A DNA stretch of 62,726 nt, filler included, from Squatina squatina (taxonomy: Eukaryota): assembly GCA_031763465.1 (NCBI GenBank). It is 4 parts of 3 records of this genome, joined end to end, with 100 filler letters (N's around TTAATTAATTAA, not from the genome) between each part and the next. Parts side by side here need not be neighbours in the genome. Positions count along the whole stretch, not along the records: positions 28,253 to 41,477 come from JARFOE010000115.1; positions 41,578 to 62,726 come from JARFOE010000013.1; 2 more parts are not named here. One strand, given 5' to 3'. Each line of letters opens with the position of its first letter. The first letter of the stretch is position 1. Under the pieces are notes generated by a model. It saw nothing but the letters and a program-made list of their open reading frames with translations. It made no database searches and was not told the origin of the DNA. Shown here in pieces: positions 38,701-49,140 of this stretch. The translations under genes were made by a program, and so were the position numbers.

Positions 38701-39039
38701 GGAGGGCTATTTAACCATGGAGTGCAGCATCATAGCCGAGCCTGATGCTGTCCAGACGCACTTGCATTTTCCAGACTGGAGAGCAGTCAGGAGCAGGAAT
38801 CCTGCCGATTTTCCCCTCCACAAACCCAGCAGAGCTGAACTCAACTGTAGCCCCCTCCGCTGTTGCCACAGCCAAGATCAGCCAACTCATCACAGACTGG
38901 GGTCTGAACTGGGGCTGTGTGTCATTTGTGTGCCTCAGTTACATTGTGCCCTTTCCAACTCAGCCATTGGAGGAGCTGACCTTCACAGTTTGAAAAAGTG
39001 TGTTTTCACTAGGTTTATTGTTACCTTTTCAGCAACATG

Positions 39040-39376
39040 TTCAAATCCCTCCATGGCCTCGCCCCTCCCAAAGCTCTGTGACCCCCTCCAGCCCCACAAC
39101 CCTCCGAGAACTTTGCGCTCCTCCATTTATGGCTTCTTGCGCAGACCCGATTATAATTGCTCCAACACTGCCGGCTGTGCTTTGAGCTACCTAGGCCCTA
39201 AGCTCTGGAATTCCCTCCCTAAACCTCTCCACCCTCTTCGTTGCTTTCCTCCTTTAAGACACTCCTTAAAACCTACCTCTTTCACCTGTCCTAATATCTC
39301 CTTATGTGGTTCGGTGTCAAACTTGTGAAGCACCTTGGGATACTTTACTTTGTTAAAGGTGCTACTGTATATAACT
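39040..39376 (+). mobile_element. L2 LINE 3' end
   Basis: Translation LQPHNPPRTLRSS...ALSYLGPKLWNSLPKPL, followed by the L2-type tail gtgaagcaccttgggatactttactttgttaaaggtgct. Confidence 0.75.
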
Positions 39377-41477
39377 NNNNNNNNNNNNNNNNNNNNNNNN
39401 NNNNNNNNNNNNNNNNNNNNNNNNNNNNNNNNNNNNNNNNNNNNNNNNNNNNNNNNNNNNNNNNNNNNNNNNNNNNTATTTTTTTAGCGATTGCCAATCA
39501 AGTGTTTAATTCTGCAGTAGAATGCATGCCGGCAGTCACAAACCAATTAATGATGTTTTGCCTCTCTGCAGCGCAGAGAGGAATGTTAATCACTTCACTG
39601 TAGACTAGCTTTCGTTCTTTGTACTAGGCAATAATTATACATTTGAATGAACATGATTGCATGAAATTTACATTTGGAAATGTCAAACCTGTGTTTTTAA
39701 ATGCATATTCAGATCAAATGTAAAAATGATAAGCCTAGTTATTATGTGTCCTTTTACAATAACTTTGTAATTTGTTTCAGATGACAGATATTTCATACCA
39801 GAAGTTAGAATATTCAATGCTAAAAATAACAAATGATGGAGAAGGGTGAGTTTGAAGAATGATTTTGACAATCATAGTCCCAGTTTCTACAGACTGCAGA
39901 GATTCTGGCAACAGTAAGAATGTTTCTAGTATTCACTTGTAAGGGGGAAGGGAAGAAGGAAGGAAAAAGATGGTGCAGGGAGGAAGAAGGGCTGGGGNNN
40001 NNNNNNNNNNNNNNNNNNNNNNNNNNNNNNNNNNNNNNNNNNNNNNNNNNNNNNNNNNNNNNNNNNNNNNNNNNNNNNNNNNNNNNNNNNNNNNNNNTTG
40101 AAGACTTCCGACCTGTTAGAAATTAAATAAGCCACTGATGAGATTTTACCAACTATCAATATATCTATATTGGTTTATATTTGAAAAAAATAACAACTCG
40201 TGATTTCTTACCAAATCTCTTGATTTTTAAGAGTTTGTCTCTTGATTTATGAGACGGTGGGGTTGGCATTACTGCCAACCGGCTGCCTGAACACCATCTG
40301 GAAGAAAATCCAGCCCATAATGTTAGATTGATTCTCTGGAGCTTTTGCTCCATTACCTTTGGCAGTCAAAGAAAAATATCATAGAATTTTACTTTCTAAG
40401 AAGTTGGAGATTAAATAAATTGGGGAGAGTGCACAGCAGCTCAGATTGTGTGGAATGTCAGAAAGAGCAGAGTTGATACTTTCTTATATTCCTATGCTAT
40501 TGAATCCAAAGAGAGGAAAGATATTATTCAACCGTGCTACTTTCTTTAAGTACTCATCACTTTTATAATCTAATCCACTTCATACTTCACTAGTGATACA
40601 TCCCTAATGATCCATATATTGCAGAGAAGAATTCTGACCTTCAGACTTCTCATTCGACTCCATATTTCTAGACAATCCTTTTCTTGTTGTGGAAAGTTAG
40701 TCTCATTGTGAGAAGAAAGCAGAATTGCAAACAGAACCAGATAACTATATAAGTTATGTCAATTAAAAATACATCTATGTTAATTTATTCAAACATGCTG
40801 ACTCTATCCTGGGCTTTAGGCTCAGGGTAATAAAAGTAGAAAATAATGCAGTTGTATGGTTCACCAGAGCGAAAACAAGCGAAAGGATTTATGATATTCT
40901 ATTCAAATTCATATTAAGTACTTTAGAGAACATTCTTCAACTCAAATATGAAAACTATAATAACAAGGAGATTCTTCTTTAATAGTCAACTTTTGAGTAT
41001 AATTGACTTAATGCACTAATAAAAATGCAAACTAAAAACAATCATTCCTAAAGGCTATCAAAGGAAACATTTGCAATTGGTAGTATCAATGAAAATATGA
41101 ATGAGGATAACATATTTTAATAAATTAAATATGGGTAATAATTTTGATCTGGACTCTATAACCAATTCTCAAGAACTTAACAAGGTCTGTGTCATTTGTT
41201 TGGAGCTTTGCAGGTGGGCCTGATCCCAGAAATGAGAAGAACAGATTGCAGTTTAGTCCCAATGAAAGTTCATTTACAGAAGAGGTTGCAGTACAGTAGT
41301 TGTTATGTTCAATGCAATTTTACTCTGTTACAATAGAGGAGCATAGGGATTTTGATGTGCAGATACATAGGTCATTAAATAAAGCAGTGCTGCAATAATA
41401 GCAACAACAATTTGCATTTATTTAGCAGTTTTAAGATTAAAAAAACCCAAGATGCTTTGCAGAAGGATAATCAAAAA

Positions 41478-41577
41478 NNNNNNNNNNNNNNNNNNNNNNN
41501 NNNNNNNNNNNNNNNNNNNNNTTAATTAATTAANNNNNNNNNNNNNNNNNNNNNNNNNNNNNNNNNNNNNNNNNNNN
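41478..41577. other. Artificial assembly linker 44N-TTAATTAATTAA-44N
   Basis: TTAATTAATTAA at 41522-41533 in the same 100-nt layout. Confidence 0.95.
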
Positions 41578-42233
41578 GTGTGCGGTTTAAAAAATATATA
41601 ACTTAAAAGAAAATAGAGAACCTTGTGTGTAGACATCATTTCATTGCTATTTTCATTATTATTTCAGTAAATATTTTAAATGTTTATTTTAAAAATGCCA
41701 TTGTGATAGGTTTGTAACATGCAACACCCTAGCATACATACATGCACATACATACAAACAAACACTCACTCATTTGGTTATTATTTCATATGAAATGTAC
41801 AAAACAGTCTGTTCTTTTTCTTCCTCAAAACTGACAAGAGTTTAAGTGTTTTCCCCTCCCTTGGTCTGATTATTTCTGAGGCCTGATTGTTGGAAGCCAG
41901 ATGTGCTTGAATTCCTGATGAAAGCATCTAGCCTGTGTTTGTTTAATAAGCATTCAGATATTAGAAATCAGTGACTGCTCGACGCTGCAGCTGGGAATGG
42001 GGAACCCTCACTGCTGCAAAGCATTATTGCTACAGTCAGTAATGGTGTTTTTTAAAGAGCTTGGCCTCTCTGGCTGAATTAGAGGGTGGCGTCTGAACAA
42101 TTANNNNNNNNNNNNNNNNNNNNNNNNNNNTTTTCCACAGGTCAGGACGACTCAAGCATTTGATTGGCATTTTGGCATTTGATGTTGCATGTGAGATAGA
42201 CGGCTTTACAGTACATGGGGGTAAGAGCTGAAA

Positions 42234-42358
42234 ATGCAGTTTGAAGCACTGCGTCAGTTCTGCAGCTCTGTTTTAACCAGTTTAAATAGTGTTTTCTCAA
42301 ACCAACATGATATTCTTCTTCAAAATGAGCTCTTTGAACAAGCTCTAAGCAGCATTGG
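42234..42358 (+). CDS. RIMS2: RIM2-beta alternative first coding exon
   Basis: ATG at 42234 (aaaATGc). Encodes MQFEALRQFCSSVLTSLNSVFSNQHDILLQNELFEQALSSI, like the mammalian RIM2-beta N-terminus (MQFETLRQVC..LQNELF, from memory). Donor gg|gtgagt is phase 2, matching the exon at 48191. Confidence 0.85.
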
Positions 42359-42724
42359 GTGAGTAAATCACTTCTCATATAATTGCGGAAGACAGCACAG
42401 TCTGTTTGGAAAATCCCCATGCCTAGAAATTAAAACCTTTTATTTGATATATGAAAACTGCATAGGTATAAATTGAAAAGTTGGAATGCTGTTTACACAA
42501 ATAGAAGGAAGTAACCTTAAAGTAAGAGAGATTATACTCCAAAAGCTCCTTTAGGAATTGAAAACCACAAATTTAAAATCTGTATTGAGCTTATTAGGGA
42601 TTCGAAGAGTCTCTTGATCTAATTACCATTATAATGTTTAATCTTGACTGCTGGATGATCTTTGAGTTGTTCCTACTTTTTAATTGTCAGAATTAATATT
42701 TTTATCAATGACAGTATGCAATCA

Positions 42725-42745
42725 TTCAGCACCAAGGACAGGGGT
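42725..42745 (+). promoter_or_regulatory. RE1/NRSE (REST binding site)
   Basis: TTCAGCACCaaGGACAGgggt: both core half-sites exact with the canonical 2-nt spacer. It lies ~370 nt downstream of a neuronal first exon. Confidence 0.75.
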
Positions 42746-44068
42746 TTGAAAGAGAAGATTCTGTACAACTTTTCTTAAAAGTATTAATTGCACTATTTGC
42801 AAACTGTAACATCATAGTATTGTCTCCGCATGTGGGACAGAAAATAGTGCACCAAGTCCTCTTAAAGGATGATCCTAATACTTAACATTCATTTACATTG
42901 TTGAAGCACAGAGTTAAGTAGGACAGGAGCTTATTAATAATAATTTTCAATATAGTGTTACCTGCCTTGTTATACATTTCTATTTTATGAATCTTACTAG
43001 AAATGGATCTTTAGGGGAATCAATCCCATTTTCAAAAAAACACATACAAGTAAATTAAAAAAAATTATGACTCAAATAAAAATCTGCAGTATGCACATTT
43101 TGCTTGGCATAATTGTGCGGGGTTGCTGGTACTGTTGCTTTTGGAAAGTGCACAGGGACTTGAGCAGGTGCAGTTGATTGCTTTGGCAACAATTTTTTTC
43201 CCCTCCTCCTTGCTGCAGGGCGACTTCTGGTAGCAATGAATCTCGTAAATCTTGTAATCCACTTTAATGGTCAGAATACCCAGGTAGAAACACAGTGTTA
43301 CAGGAAGATTTTCAGCTGTCTAAATGACACACATTACAATCTCCTGAAGAAATTACTGTCAACAGCTGAAGCAAAGTAAATGATTAGTGTGGTAGGCAGT
43401 GGTCCTTCTTCTGCCTACTGCACGGTGTGGATACTGTGTGGATGTTCAGGGTTTTCTGTACCATTAGCAGGCTACCAACTATTGAGGAAACAGAGACTTC
43501 TGACTGCAGGTACTTTGTAAATTTCGAATTCGTCGCTTCAAGAACTGATCACTTCGTAGGTGTTGGGTTGCATACGTTGTGTAAGTTCTGCCATAGTATC
43601 AGGTAAAAGACTGTACAGAGTGTACTTGCAGTGCAGGCACTAGAGTAACCACCGCAGATCTAAGGTAAGAATGTTTCACTTTTAGAGTTTCTGTAGACGA
43701 TTTGTTGGATGGTCCTCTTGTGAATTAAGGTTCTAGTATTTTCTTTCTTTTACAATCTTTTATAAAATTATAAAAATTAATTTACATTCATTTGTTATGC
43801 TAGTTATGAACATCCTATAGAAAGTATGTTGTAGTGAAGAGTATATTTAACTGGAGAGGCTCTGTTTTATATACTTAAAGTGGAGGGCCATACATTAGAG
43901 ACTACTGCATATTATTTGTAGTGAGAGGTTGGACATTTGAACTCAAATTTTTCACATTTTCCACTGGANNNNNNNNNNNNNNNNNNNNNNNNNNNNNNNN
44001 NNNNNNNNNNNNNNNNNNNNNNNNNNNNNNNNNNNNNNNNNNNNNNNNNNNNNNNNNNNNNNNNNNNN

Positions 44069-45055
44069 GAGTTGGTGAGATTGTGTGTGCGTAATGACAG
44101 TAGTTGGTGAGACTGTGTGTGTGTAACGGGAAGTTGGTGAGACTGCGTGTGTAACGGGGGAGTTGGTGAGACTGTGTGTGTGTAATGGGGCGAGTGGGTG
44201 TGACTGTGTTTGTGTAACGGGGGTGTGGGTGAGACTGTGTGTGTGTAACGGGGAGAGTTGGTGAGACTGTGTGTGTGTAACAGGGGAGGAGTTGGTGAGA
44301 TTGTGTGTGCGTACTGACAGGAGTTGGTGAGACTGTGTGTGTTTAACGGGGGAGTTGATGACACTGTGTTTGTGTAACGGGGAGTTGGTGAGACTGTGTG
44401 TGTGTAACGGTGGAGTTGATGAGACTGTGTGTGTGCAATGGGCGGAGTGGGTGAGACTGTGTGTGTGTAGCGGGGGGTGTGGGTGAGACTATGTTTGTGT
44501 AACGGCGGGTGTGGGTGCGACCGTGTGTGTGTAACGGGGGAGTTGATGAGACTGTGTGTGTGTAACGGGGGAGTTGGTGAGACTGTGTGTGCAACGGGGG
44601 GAGTGGGTGAGACTGTGTGTGCATAACGCGGGAGTTGCTAAGATTGTGTGTGTATAATGGGGGGAGTTTGTGAGTCTGTGTGTGTGTAAGGGGGGAGTTG
44701 GTGAGACTGTGTGTTTGTAACGGGGGGAGTTGGTGAGACTGTGTGTGTGTAAAGGGGGAGTTGCTGAGACTGTGTGTGTCTAACGGTGGAGTTGATGAGA
44801 CTGTGTATGTGTGATGGGGGAGTTGGTGAGATGTTGCGTTTGTAACAGGGAGAGTTGGTGTGATTGTGTGTGTGTAATGACAGGAGTTGGTGAGACTGTG
44901 TGTGTGTAACGAGGGAGTTGGTGAGATTGTGTGTGTGTAACGGGAGAGTTGGTGAGATGGTGTGTGTGTAAAGGGGAGGAGTTGGTGAGATTGTGTGTGC
45001 GTAATGACAGTAGTTGGTGAGACTGTGTGTGTGTAACGGGAAGTTGGTGAGACTG
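44069..45055. repeat. Minisatellite, ~28-32 bp unit GAGTTGGTGAGACTGTGTGTGTGTAACGGGG
   Basis: About 30 tandem units fill the whole contig between two gaps. First and last 77 nt are identical. Confidence 0.95.
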
Positions 45056-45155
45056 NNNNNNNNNNNNNNNNNNNNNNNNNNNNNNNNNNNNNNNNNNNNN
45101 NNNNNNNNNNNNNNNNNNNNNNNNNNNNNNNNNNNNNNNNNNNNNNNNNNNNNNN

Positions 45156-45450
45156 GATGTGGAGAGAATGTTTCCACTTGTGGGAAAATCCAAAACTAAG
45201 GGCCAAGATAGTGACTAATAAATCCAAGAACAAGGAGAAATGATTTTACTCAGAGGGTGGTTAGAGTGTGGAACTCACAACCACAGGAAGTGGCTGAGGC
45301 GAATAGCTTAGATGATTTCAAAAGGAATCTAGACGAGTACATGAGGGAAAAGGGAATAGAAAGATATGCTGAAATGAGGTTGGAATGGGAGGAGACTTTT
45401 GTGCAGTATGAACACCAGCAGGTAGTTGGTCTGAATGGCCTGTTTCTGTT
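45156..45450 (+). mobile_element. CR1 LINE 3' end
   Basis: Translation FTQRVVRVWNSQPQEVAEANSLDDFKRNLDEYMREKGIE, then a ggtctgaatggcctgtttctgttctgta tail. Confidence 0.8.
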
Positions 45451-45479
45451 CTGTATATTTTATGTAATTCTGTGTAAAG

Positions 45480-45775
45480 CTGTTAGGTAGGAAGTTCCTG
45501 AATTTTGACCCAGCCAACAATGAAGGAACGGCGATATGTGACCAAGTCAGGATGGCGTACGACTTGGAGGGGAACTTGGGAGATGATGGCGTTTCCATGC
45601 ACCTGCTGATCTTGTCCTTCTAGGTGGTGGAATTCACAGGTTTGGGAGTTGCTGCCAAAGAAGCTGTGATGAGTTGCTGCAGTGCAGCTTGTAGTTGGTG
45701 CACACTGTAGCCACGGGGCACTGGTGGTGGAAGGATTGGAGGTTTAAGCTGGCAGATAGGGTACCAATCAGGCCG
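45480..45775 (-). mobile_element. LINE ORF2 C-terminal fragment (CR1/L2 group)
   Basis: Minus-strand translations LNLQSFHHQCPVATVCTNYKLHCSNSSQLL and KFPSKSYAILTWSHIAVPSLLAGSKFRNFLPNS resemble LINE ORF2 C-termini. Clade uncertain. Confidence 0.55.
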
Positions 45776-45949
45776 NNNNNNNNNNNNNNNNNNNNNNNNN
45801 NNNNNNNNNNNNNNNNNNNNNNNNNNNNNNNNNNNNNNNNNNNNNNNNNNNNNNNNNNNNNNNNNNNNNNNNNNNGGGGCAGGGTATAAAAATTAGAGCC
45901 AGACATTTCAGGAGTGAAATTAGGAAACACTTCTACACACAAAGGGAGG

Positions 45950-47510
45950 CGGGAGGTTAGGGTTAGAAGGTCAAGGTGTTGGTGGGGGATGTGGAGAGGG
46001 TTTGCAGGGGGAAGGCGGGAGTAGGAGACGGGAGGAGGAGGGGTGGCAGGTAGGGGAAGCGGGAGGGGGAGGGGGTTTGGGAATGGGCAGGGGACGCAGG
46101 AGGGGGAGTGGATGGGGGAAGCGGGCAGGGGAGGGGGGAGGAAGGTGGGGGAGGGGGAATGGGTGGGGAGGGAGTGGGCGTATGAGTGGGTAGCTGGGTG
46201 AGGGACGGGGAGGGTGGGGTGTGTTGGGAAGGGAAGGGGAGTTTGGAGGAGGGAGAGAAGCTGGTGGGTGTGGGGAAGGGTGGGAAGGGTGAGGGGAGAG
46301 GAGATGGTGGGTGTGGGGAAGGGAGAGTCGTGAGGCCCGGAGACCCCAGGGTTCCCCACGCTCCATTGAGCCACGTAAGGAGATATTAGGACAGGTGATC
46401 ACAAGCTTGGTCAAAGAGGTCGGTTTTAAGGAGCATCTTAAAGGAAAGCGAGGCGGAGAAGTTTAAGGAGGAGATTCCAGAGCTCAGGGCAGCTAAAGGC
46501 ACGGCCGCCAATGGTGGAGTGATGGAAATGAGGAAGGTCCCCGTGTGTGTGTGTGTTTAATGTGACTCCCCGGTAACCACAGTGAGAGTGAATCAGTGTC
46601 ACCGTGACTCCCTCCCTCCCTCCTCCCTCAGCACTGGTACCGAGGGATTCCCTGGTTTATTTCTTTCCGCTCTCTCCCGTCTCCATGGAGACTCTCCCCG
46701 ACTGATCAGACTCTCCATTGTCGGTGCTTATCAGATGGAGCAGCGAATGAGTGTTGCTGGAAGGGGAGGAGCGATCCATCGGGACTCCCTCTTCCCTTTG
46801 GCCACAGTTTGACGGCGATTAGATTGATTGTGTTTTGGGAGGAGGGTGTGGGCGGACATGGAGGGGAGGGGAAACCACCGAGATTTACGTTTCCTTCCTC
46901 TCTCCCCCTCCCCCGCCTCATCATGTCACCAGGGGCTGGGATCAACCTGTGTGGGAGGGAGTCACGGTGACACTGAGTCGCTCTCACTCGGGTAACCCGG
47001 GAGTCATGTTAAACACACATACACACTCACATGGGGACCTCTCTCATTTCCATCGCCCCACCATTGGCAGCTGAGACCCTAAGCTCTGGAATTCCCTCCC
47101 TAAACCACTCCACCTCTCTCTCCTCCTTTAAGACACTCCTTAAATCCCGCTCCTTTGACTGAGCTTTTGGTCACCTGGCCTAACGTCTCCTTATGTGGCC
47201 CTTTGGAGCGTGGGGAACACAGGGGTGTCACGGTCTCACAGCCCCACCCTCCCCTCCCCTCCCCCACCCGCCCACTCATCCACCCTCCCCCTCCTCCCCC
47301 TCCCCACCTACTCCCAACCTCCCTCTCCCTCCTCATTCCCTCCCGCATCCCGCCCCCGCCTCCCTCTCCCACCTTCCCTCTCCAAACTCCCTCCCATCTC
47401 TCCCTCCTCCTCACCGCCCCATCTCCCATCCCTATCTCCACCTCTACCCTCCTCCTCCCGCCTCCCATGCCTGCTTCCCACACCCACTCCTCCTCCCCCC
47501 AACAGTCTCC
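45950..47510. repeat. Large imperfect inverted repeat (fold-back element) with G-rich/C-rich arms and an L2 fragment in each arm
   Basis: 46325-46620 is the reverse complement of about 46950-47245 (e.g. tcagtgtcaccgtgactccctccc / gggagggagtcacggtgacactga; gttccccacgctcca / tggagcgtggggaac). The G-rich 45950-46325 is mirrored by the C-rich 47245-47510. Confidence 0.85.
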
Positions 47511-48190
47511 ACTGTAGGTCAACACATATCAAAGTTGGGTTGGTGGGGCTGATGTCCCACACTCTTGCTTGGAAATGGCTGTGCACATTCCGATTTGCTA
47601 ACGTGAATGCAATCACAATATATGGGGAGAATAATTCTGCGTGCGAGGCTTGGCAAGGCTGGAATTATTGGAAGCTTTTGGATGTAATTTTGCGGAGCCT
47701 GGGGAGATTAAAGAAAAGTGCTTGCCAGCTTGGATTTGATGCATTCTTCTGGACAGAATGCTCTCTATCTTCCAGATGTGCAGTGGCAAATAGAAAGGTA
47801 AAGCCAGGTAGAACGTTTAGAAAAAAAAGGTCATAATATTAAAATGTTGGAGTAAAGCTGTGAGAGAATGTTCATGGACTTTAATTACATTGCTGTTGAC
47901 TGCAGTGTTTTGTGATGAATAGTTAAACGTTGTAGTGCNNNNNNNNNNNNNNNNNNNNNNNNNNNNNNNNNNNNNNNNNNNNNNNNNNNNNNNNNNNNNN
48001 NNNNNNNNNNNNNNNNNNNNNNNNNNNNNNNNNNNNNNNNCTAATATTTTGCATTTATGATGACTATGCAATAGTTTGACCATCTTCACAATTTCTAATT
48101 TTAATGTACAGGAAAGCACGGATTAAAATGTTTTAATGTTAACATCTTATTGTTGTTCCCTGACTGAATTTGTTGTTTATTTTCATCCAG

Positions 48191-49140
48191 GAAGAGGAGC
48201 CCATCAACATCCAGGGAACACAATCGAAAGTACGACCAGAGGGACGAGAGAGCAGACCCGTCACAGTATGCACTTTTGGAAAGTGCAATGCAGAGATCAC
48301 CGACAGAATATGCAGACCGTGACAAGCGATCCCTACGTGGGTCACGGGTTTATGATGACTCCGAACATATTGAGTACAGAGAAAGCAGGGACTCGGGCCG
48401 TAGAAGTCGAAGAAGGTCTCAAGAGTTCCGAGATTTGGTAGATGAGGATATTGATATACAAACCAGGGACGAATATGAAAGACAGAGGCGAGAGGAGGAG
48501 TACCAAACTCGCTATCGTAGTGATCCAAACTTGGCTCGTTACCCAGTCAAACCTCAACCGTATGAGGAGCAAATGCGGATGCATGCTGAAGTGTCTAGGG
48601 CGCGCCATGAACGAAGGCACAGTGACGTGTCTTTGGCATACACCGAGATGGATGATCCACAAGTCTCGATGCATAGAATGGAAAGGCAGTCAAGACAACG
48701 CTCGGCGTGTGACCGCAGGGTCCCTGTACAAAGTCAACGTTCTTACTCTATGGAAAGAACTCAAGACATGCAAGGGCCTAGTCCTAGTTGGCAAAGGACC
48801 CCAAATCACAGTCCACCGACACCTAGGCGAAGCCCAATTCCATTTGATAGGAGTGACATGCGTCGTTCGGATTCGTTGCGGAAACAGCATCACTTGGATC
48901 CAAGCTCTGCTGTTAAGAAAACAAAACGGGAAAAAATGGAAACCATGCTACGAAATGACTCACTCAGCTCTGATCAGTCTGAATCGGTAAGGCCACCACC
49001 ACCAAAGCCACATAAAACAAAGAAAGGAGGTAAAATGCGCCAAGTCTCATTGAGTAGCTCAGAGGAAGAGCTTGCATCTACTCCAGAATATACCAGCTGT
49101 GATGATGTAGAGATTGAGAGTGAAAGTGTCAGTGAAAAAG
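48191..49140 (+). CDS. RIMS2: RIMS2 large exon between the zinc finger and PDZ domain
   Basis: Acceptor ttcatccag, donor aaag|gtaagc, 950 nt, phase 2/1. Encodes KRSPS...RYRSDPNLARYPVKPQPYEEQMR.HAEVSRARHERRHSDVSL...MLRNDSLSSDQSESVRPPPPKPHK..SSSEEELASTPEYTSCDDVEIESESVSEK. Confidence 0.97.

Noticed and set aside
38594-39328. 244-aa ORF
   Set aside because: A chance read-through of repeat-derived sequence into an L2 3' fragment.
43912-45233. Thr/His/Pro-rich ORFs, or a CRISPR-like array
   Set aside because: Translations of a minisatellite. Units are directly tandem with no unique spacers, and the context is a vertebrate intron.
45951-45965. GGTTAGGGTTAG as an interstitial telomere
   Set aside because: Only about two units inside a G-rich tract; expected by chance.
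45634-47836. Pro-rich and Gly-rich ORFs
   Set aside because: Products of the G-rich and C-rich arms of the inverted repeat; no splice or homology support.
48442-48990. 182-aa alternative-frame ORF overlapping the RIMS2 exon
   Set aside because: A shadow frame of a long coding exon with no independent signals.
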